A stretch of 53,431 bases of DNA, counting the filler, from Squatina squatina (Eukaryota): NCBI GenBank assembly GCA_031763465.1. It is 3 parts of 3 records of this genome, joined end to end, with 100 filler letters (N's around TTAATTAATTAA, not from the genome) between each part and the next. Parts side by side here need not be neighbours in the genome. Positions count along the whole stretch, not along the records: positions 36,178 to 53,431 come from JARFOE010000001.1; 2 more parts are not named here. One strand, 5' to 3'. The position numbers were made by a program, and so were the translations under genes. The notes under the pieces are model-generated. The model worked only from the letters and a program-made list of their open reading frames with translations. It did not search any database and was not told the DNA's origin. Below are positions 47,814-53,431 of the stretch, piece by piece (position 1 is the stretch's first letter; each line of letters begins with the position of its first letter).

Positions 47814-49703
47814 CTGCAAGAAAAAAAGATTTACATAAGCATATAATTTGCTCTCTAATGAAACCAACTAGAAGAATGAGTTCCAAGTAGATGCTCAGAA
47901 ATACAGAGCTATAAACAAAGAGAATGTAGTTATTAGAAACAGGTGCTGTCATTTACCATAAATTCAAGAAACATTGGCATATTTTCAGTTTAAAGCTGTG
48001 CAGATCTATAATAATTCATCTTAAAAATCATTTTTTGAATACTGCCGAGTCCACAAAATTGCTCCCGTGTTTTACTTTTTCATTAATTCAAGGGCTCTGT
48101 ATTCTCATATTCCATTCCTTCTTTGCATCAATTACTTTCTCCACTCATCATCCAACCCGATCCTTGCTGATGGCTGCACTGTACATTCATCAACTTCCTT
48201 CGAATCACAGTCCTCTCACAGTATAATGCCTGAATCACTATAACCTTCATTTATGTCCATGTTCTTCAATGGAGCAATAAAAATCTTTCAATTCTTCAGG
48301 CACAGTTTCTTCATGTTTCTCACTAGTCCAATGTAGAGAAACTACTTCTTATCTTTGATTGACTCANNNNNNNNNNNNNNNNNNNNNNNNNNNNNNNNNN
48401 NNNNNNNNNNNNNNNNNNNNNNNNNNNNNNNNNNNNNNNNNNNNNNNNNNNNNNNNNNNNNNNNNNCAGTATCGAATCTTCAATCTGATTGGTTGAAGAG
48501 ACATGCTGTTGCTGGCCCTGTTCACACATGTCCCAAATCCCTTGGGCACTGCACTATATCCAGACCTATGTAATTGCAAAGGTAGCTAAAGATATCTAGG
48601 GGAAGCACTGGTTCTACAGTTTATTTATTGTTGGAAAAACCTAACTGCACAGATAAGTCACCATTTCTGAGACAACAGGAATTGAACTCACATGGATTTA
48701 CTGTATACTGAAATATACAGAAGAGCTACATAAAACAAGCAGAAAGACCTCTATTTGTATTTGGCATTAAAAGAAGAAATAATGCCAACTAAGAACCAAA
48801 ACATATTGAATTAATTACCTGTGTTCTTCTAATCTCAACACATTGCAAAACACTGGCTTTTATTATTTAACTCAAAAAGCTTCCATCTGTTACACAATCA
48901 TAGTCCATGCAGTTCCATATGTAATTAAATGTTCACACCACAGGGTTCTCCTCATTTAACCTGTTGCTTTTTCCAGAAGGCTTTCAACNNNNNNNNNNAC
49001 AAAGAAAGGCCATTTATCTCATCTAGCCACTTCTTCCAAAAGAGCACGTACAATTTGCATCATCGTTGAACTTCCCCTTAATCTCTATAGAGAAGTGAGT
49101 AATGACAGATAAAAGTTCCAAGAAGATAAATTAAGTAAAATTTCTCCCAGACCTGCCAGAAGACATTTGAGAAAAATTCCACAATATATCATCTACATTA
49201 ATCAATTCTGACCAGTGACATTCTACGGATATCCTCATGATCCCATTGGGCTCTGAATGTTGTGTCCAATGGATTATTTGATCTATGTTTACATTTATCC
49301 TCAGATTTGTTTAATACTATTCTTAGCCAGACATTTATCTATTATTTTGGTCAGCAATATTTAAAGGCAATTGAGTAGACCACTTGATATAGACATGACA
49401 CTTTAAGTTGCAGATCAAATGCTTGGTAAAAATGAACGTTAATGGGCAGTGGCTCTGCTTTATGGAGCCCAGGTACTTTCATTGGTATAAGCACAGTGCT
49501 GTAGCTTTAAAATTGCTTAGTATCAGAACATCTTATTGCAGAGTTATCCATAGGGCTGACAACCGGGCGAGTTCTACAGTGGACGGATAAGTCCTCTCTA
49601 GCANNNNNNNNNNNNNNNNNNNNNNNNNNNNNNNNNNNNNNNNNNNNNNNNNNNNNNNNNNNNNNNNNNNNNNNNNNNNNNNNNNNNNNNNNNNNNNNNN
49701 NNN

Positions 49704-50030
49704 TCTCGTTTCAAATACCTCCAAGACCTTGCCCCTCCCTATTTCTGTAACCTCCACCATCCCTACAACTCTCCGAAATATCTGCACTCTTCCAATTCTG
49801 GCCACTTCAGCATCCCTGATTTTAATTGATCCACCACGTGTCTTCAGCTGCCAAGGCCCTAAGCTCTGGAATTCTCTGCCTAATCCTCTCCGCATCTCTT
49901 TACTCCTTGAAGATGCTCCTTAAAACCTACCCAATATCTCCTTATTTGGCTCGGTGTCAAATTTTGTTTTATAACACTCCTGTGAAACGTCTTACTACAT
50001 TAAAGGTGCTATATAAATACAAGTTGTTGT
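49704..50030 (+). mobile_element. L2 LINE 3' end
   Basis: FSCQGPKLWNSLP followed by the tail aaaggtgctatataaatacaagttgttg. Confidence 0.8.
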
Positions 50031-51698
50031 GGTTTTTGTATTACTTTTTTAATATTTATCTCCGAGCAACATCACAGAAGCTCTTCTACAATTAAAAAAA
50101 AATTGTGAACAAAAACTTCACAGTGAACTGTGACACTGATGGGTTTAAACACCTTAGAAAGGGGAATAAAACCTCCACTCTCATTGGCTATTTAAGCTCC
50201 TATGATTTTGGGACGTGACTGGATTACATTTAAATGCTCTCATGTCTGGCACCATTTGAGCAAAATGGTTTCAAGTAACCTTAAAGAGCCAGTATGCAGA
50301 AAATTGAAATACCAGACTTCTGTAGTTCTACAAGTTTACTACTGAAGTGCATTTTTAGATAAAGATGGAGGTCAACATTGCAGCTGACTTTTGTCATACT
50401 TGCTCTATGGTATGGTATGGTTGGGAAAGACTTTCCTTTCACAGTAATGTTGTAATTAAGTAGTTCCCCAGTACCAGTTGCTTTAGAAACCGCCCTGTTT
50501 ATATTTTAGGGCAGTTCCAACAGCAACTGGATCCATTTCAATTTCACATCCACAAACTTGCCATAAACATATTGGGTTGGTAGATCTGTACAAGCTAAGC
50601 TGGACTGCTTCAGTCTCTCAGCCAACTGGTGGCTAAAAAAAGCAATTCTGCCTTTGTCAGCAAACCCACTTTGCATTTCTACTGCTATCAGTGACAGCGT
50701 GCACTGCCTCAAACAGCATTTGGACCACCATTTATATTCACAGTTTCTTCTCACTTCAAAAGGTGGTGCTCATGGCAAACCATGAATTTAAATGCACTGT
50801 AAAATTAGAGTACTGGCTACAAACTTGGAACTGGTCATCTGTGGCTACTACAGAAGAAATTAGTATGTAAAGCAATACTGTTTATCTGAACATTGATACA
50901 GTGAAGCCGTGTGTTAATAAACACTTCTCTATGACATCTGATAAGAATTTATAACAGATGGAAATGATTGCAAAATGAACAGCACCCTTCATGCTTTGTA
51001 TTCAAAAGCATTAATCACAAAAACCTGGGTCTGTTTATAATCAAACAACAATAGCTCTGTTGTCAATGAGATCATTGAATGTCCCAGGAAAACCAGACAC
51101 TGTCAAATCTGGATGTCAAACATGTATTATACACTTGGTTATGTCTATGCAAAACTTTACATGTTTAAATGATTTCAGGACAGTACATAAAGGTTTGTGC
51201 ACCTGGTAATATGCTCTTCATGATTTTGACTATAATCCAAAAAGATAACATAAACTCTTTTGTATTTTATTACATCCAGGTTTCTCTCAACTATGAAGCA
51301 CATTTTTACTATTTGCAGTTTTGCAACGGTAGTTTAATTAAGTGTCCATTTATGTTAAGCAGGAAGGTAAGAAGCAATAATTCATACATTACACTGATTA
51401 GGCACATAATCAATGTATAATGAATGAAGATATCTACTAAATATACCTTTAATTCTGTATAAACCAACATGCGAGTNNNNNNNNNNNNNNNNNNNNNNNN
51501 NNNNNNNNNNNNNNNNNNNNNNNNNNNNNNNNNNNNNNNNNNNNNNNNNNNNNNNNNNNNNNNNNNNNNNNNNNNNTTCTAAAACAAAAGTATTTTAACC
51601 AAGGTGAAGAAACACCTTACAAAATAAGCCAATACAGAACTACTTTTCTTATATGCCTACATTACTGACAGTTAAATATACAATATCGGAATTCTCGG

Positions 51699-51806
51699 AG
51701 TTCTGACCTGAAATGTTCCCTCTCCACAGATGCTGCCTAACCTGCTGAGTGTTTCAAGCATTCTCTGTTTTAATTTTAGATTTCCGGCATCCTCAGTATT
51801 TTGCTG
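51699..51806 (+). mobile_element. PLE 3' end fragment, hammerhead deleted
   Basis: agttctgac^ctgaaatgtt...ccacagatgctgcc..acctgctgagt, with helix II lost between the two gac repeats. Confidence 0.7.
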
Positions 51807-52631
51807 GTGTTTAATCTTNNNNNNNNNNAGTGAACATGCGAGGACAAAAGGAAAAAATTGCCAAATGCTTTAAAATATAAACTATGAAAATATGTGTTGA
51901 ACTAAGTGAAACCAGGTGATGTGATGCTATGAAATAATACCTTATTTTGCACAAAATTAATCCATTTTATAAATAGGACAATATATTCACACCTTCAACC
52001 AAATGAAATGAGCATTGACAGGTCATTTGATTTTTTTTTTCCAGGTGACTAGACGAGTGCAGTCTTACCTAAACACAGATTAAATGCTGCCAAACGGCAG
52101 CAGGATGAAGTACACCACAGCAACAATTAAGTCTTTGTTCCTGCCGCATATTATACCCAGTAACAGCACAAGATGCACAGCCAAGAAAAACCTCAGTGTA
52201 GGGTTACAGTACTTGTGCCCAAACAATCTCTTCTGTGTTTAATGTACTTCAGTCTGTCTGCCTTTAAATCACTGCCACTCATCTGCACAGACATGGTGTC
52301 TGGATTTTTATATTTAACAGTGAACCAGTGNNNNNNNNNNNNNNNNNNNNNNNNNNNNNNNNNNNNNNNNNNNNNNNNNNNNNNNNNNNNNNNNNNNNNN
52401 NNNNNNNNNNNNNNNNNNNNNNNNNNNNNNCTCCACCAGTACAAAACATAGCAGTTTGTTACTTTAATTGTTAGATGTGTTATTGTTATTTGAAGTGGGT
52501 GGAATTCATTGTTCTGCTGCCAAGGAAGTATAAGTTTTTATTCTAACCTTCAAAGGGAAGCGACATTCACAAATTTTTCAATCATAGTTGGCAAAGATAT
52601 TAAAATATGAATTTCAAATTGGTCACCTCAC

Positions 52632-52730
52632 CTCTGTAGATTTAATCTTATGAGGGCTGATTGGTCGCTCATCTTTATCAATTTCAACTTCCGCTAATCT
52701 TAATATATTATAAATAGTATCACCAGTCAC
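52632..52730 (-). CDS. CWC27: CWC27 cyclophilin-domain exon (99 nt)
   Basis: ttttacag|VTGDTIYNILRLAEVEIDKDERPISPHKIKSTE|gtgag. Confidence 0.95.
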
Positions 52731-53431
52731 CTGTAAAAAATAAACTAATAACTTTCCCACCTATAATCAAAACATGATTATCTTATTAGATTCTTATTCA
52801 ATGTACTGTAGATTAAATTCAGTAAAACTATGTTACAACTTTGAATATGATCTACATTAACATATATTAATAATTTTTGGATACATATAACGCCTTCAAA
52901 GCTATAAAATATATATTTATACATACACATCAGGAAACTGGCTATAATTTTCTTTAATGCACTTGTTGCTCTTTTATTATTTTAGTAAAAGCAGAATAAG
53001 AACTTTGTTCAAGTTCTGCAAAGTGAAAGTGATGAGGGTTTTGTTGGGGGTGAGTTGGCAGTGGGGAGTGGTGGACACTCAGGGTAGGGAATACAGAAGT
53101 GGCATTGCCCAGTAGAAAGCAGCAGGGGAAAGTAAGCAGGTGAAAGGCACAGGTTCTCTGAGCAGATCTGGAATGAAGGAAAATCATAATTTCCCTTCAC
53201 CTTACAAATTAAATAAAAGGCTTTCCATGATAGAAAGAGAAAGATAAGCACAAGAGGAGGAAAATAAAGAAACGGCTACATGAAGATAACAGAGACAGGT
53301 AAGAGAGAGAACACACCCTCCAACTTACTGTGTGCAACTGCAAGTGATCCACTATATAAAACTCTTGCATATTTGCCATTAAGCCCTCCTAGCTCCATCT
53401 CCAAAGCAATTACAGGAGTAAGTCAACAATT

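Noticed and set aside
48961-48988. Possible end of a missing CWC27 exon next to a gap
   Set aside because: The frame needed to join the phase-2 downstream exon contains a stop, and the donor is weak.
30549-52730. Apparent cluster of spliceosomal genes (ZCRB1 next to CWC27)
   Set aside because: The genes are separated by an artificial linker and lie on different scaffolds.
1-53431. CRISPR arrays, operons or other prokaryotic systems
   Set aside because: The sequence is intron-containing vertebrate DNA and I saw no regularly spaced repeat-spacer arrays.

Overview
This is eukaryotic genomic DNA from a gappy vertebrate draft assembly, most likely a cartilaginous fish (shark-type SINE, CR1, L2 and Penelope repeats). 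It is three unrelated scaffolds joined by artificial N44-TTAATTAATTAA-N44 linkers at 16614-16713 and 36078-36177. Scaffold A (1-16613) holds a degenerate V2R/OlfC-type class C GPCR last exon and four intact single-exon group B SRCR domains of a CD163/WC1/DMBT1-like gene. Scaffold B (16714-36077) holds the last two coding exons of PRICKLE1 (+), the last exon of PPHLN1 (-) and four coding exons of ZCRB1 (+), in the same arrangement as human 12q12. Scaffold C (36178-53431) holds three exons of CWC27 (-). The rest is mostly intronic or intergenic sequence with decayed retroelements and TIR elements. The most interesting signals are minimal type-I hammerhead ribozymes in Penelope-like element ends, a 51-bp copy of PRICKLE1 exon sequence at the 5' junction of an intronic L2, a MITE with a fold-back hairpin at each end, and an SRCR domain lacking both C2 and C7. 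I found no convincing evidence of a wholly new biological system. Exon boundaries were read from splice sites, repeat boundaries are approximate, and gene calls rest on recalled similarity to vertebrate orthologues rather than a database search.
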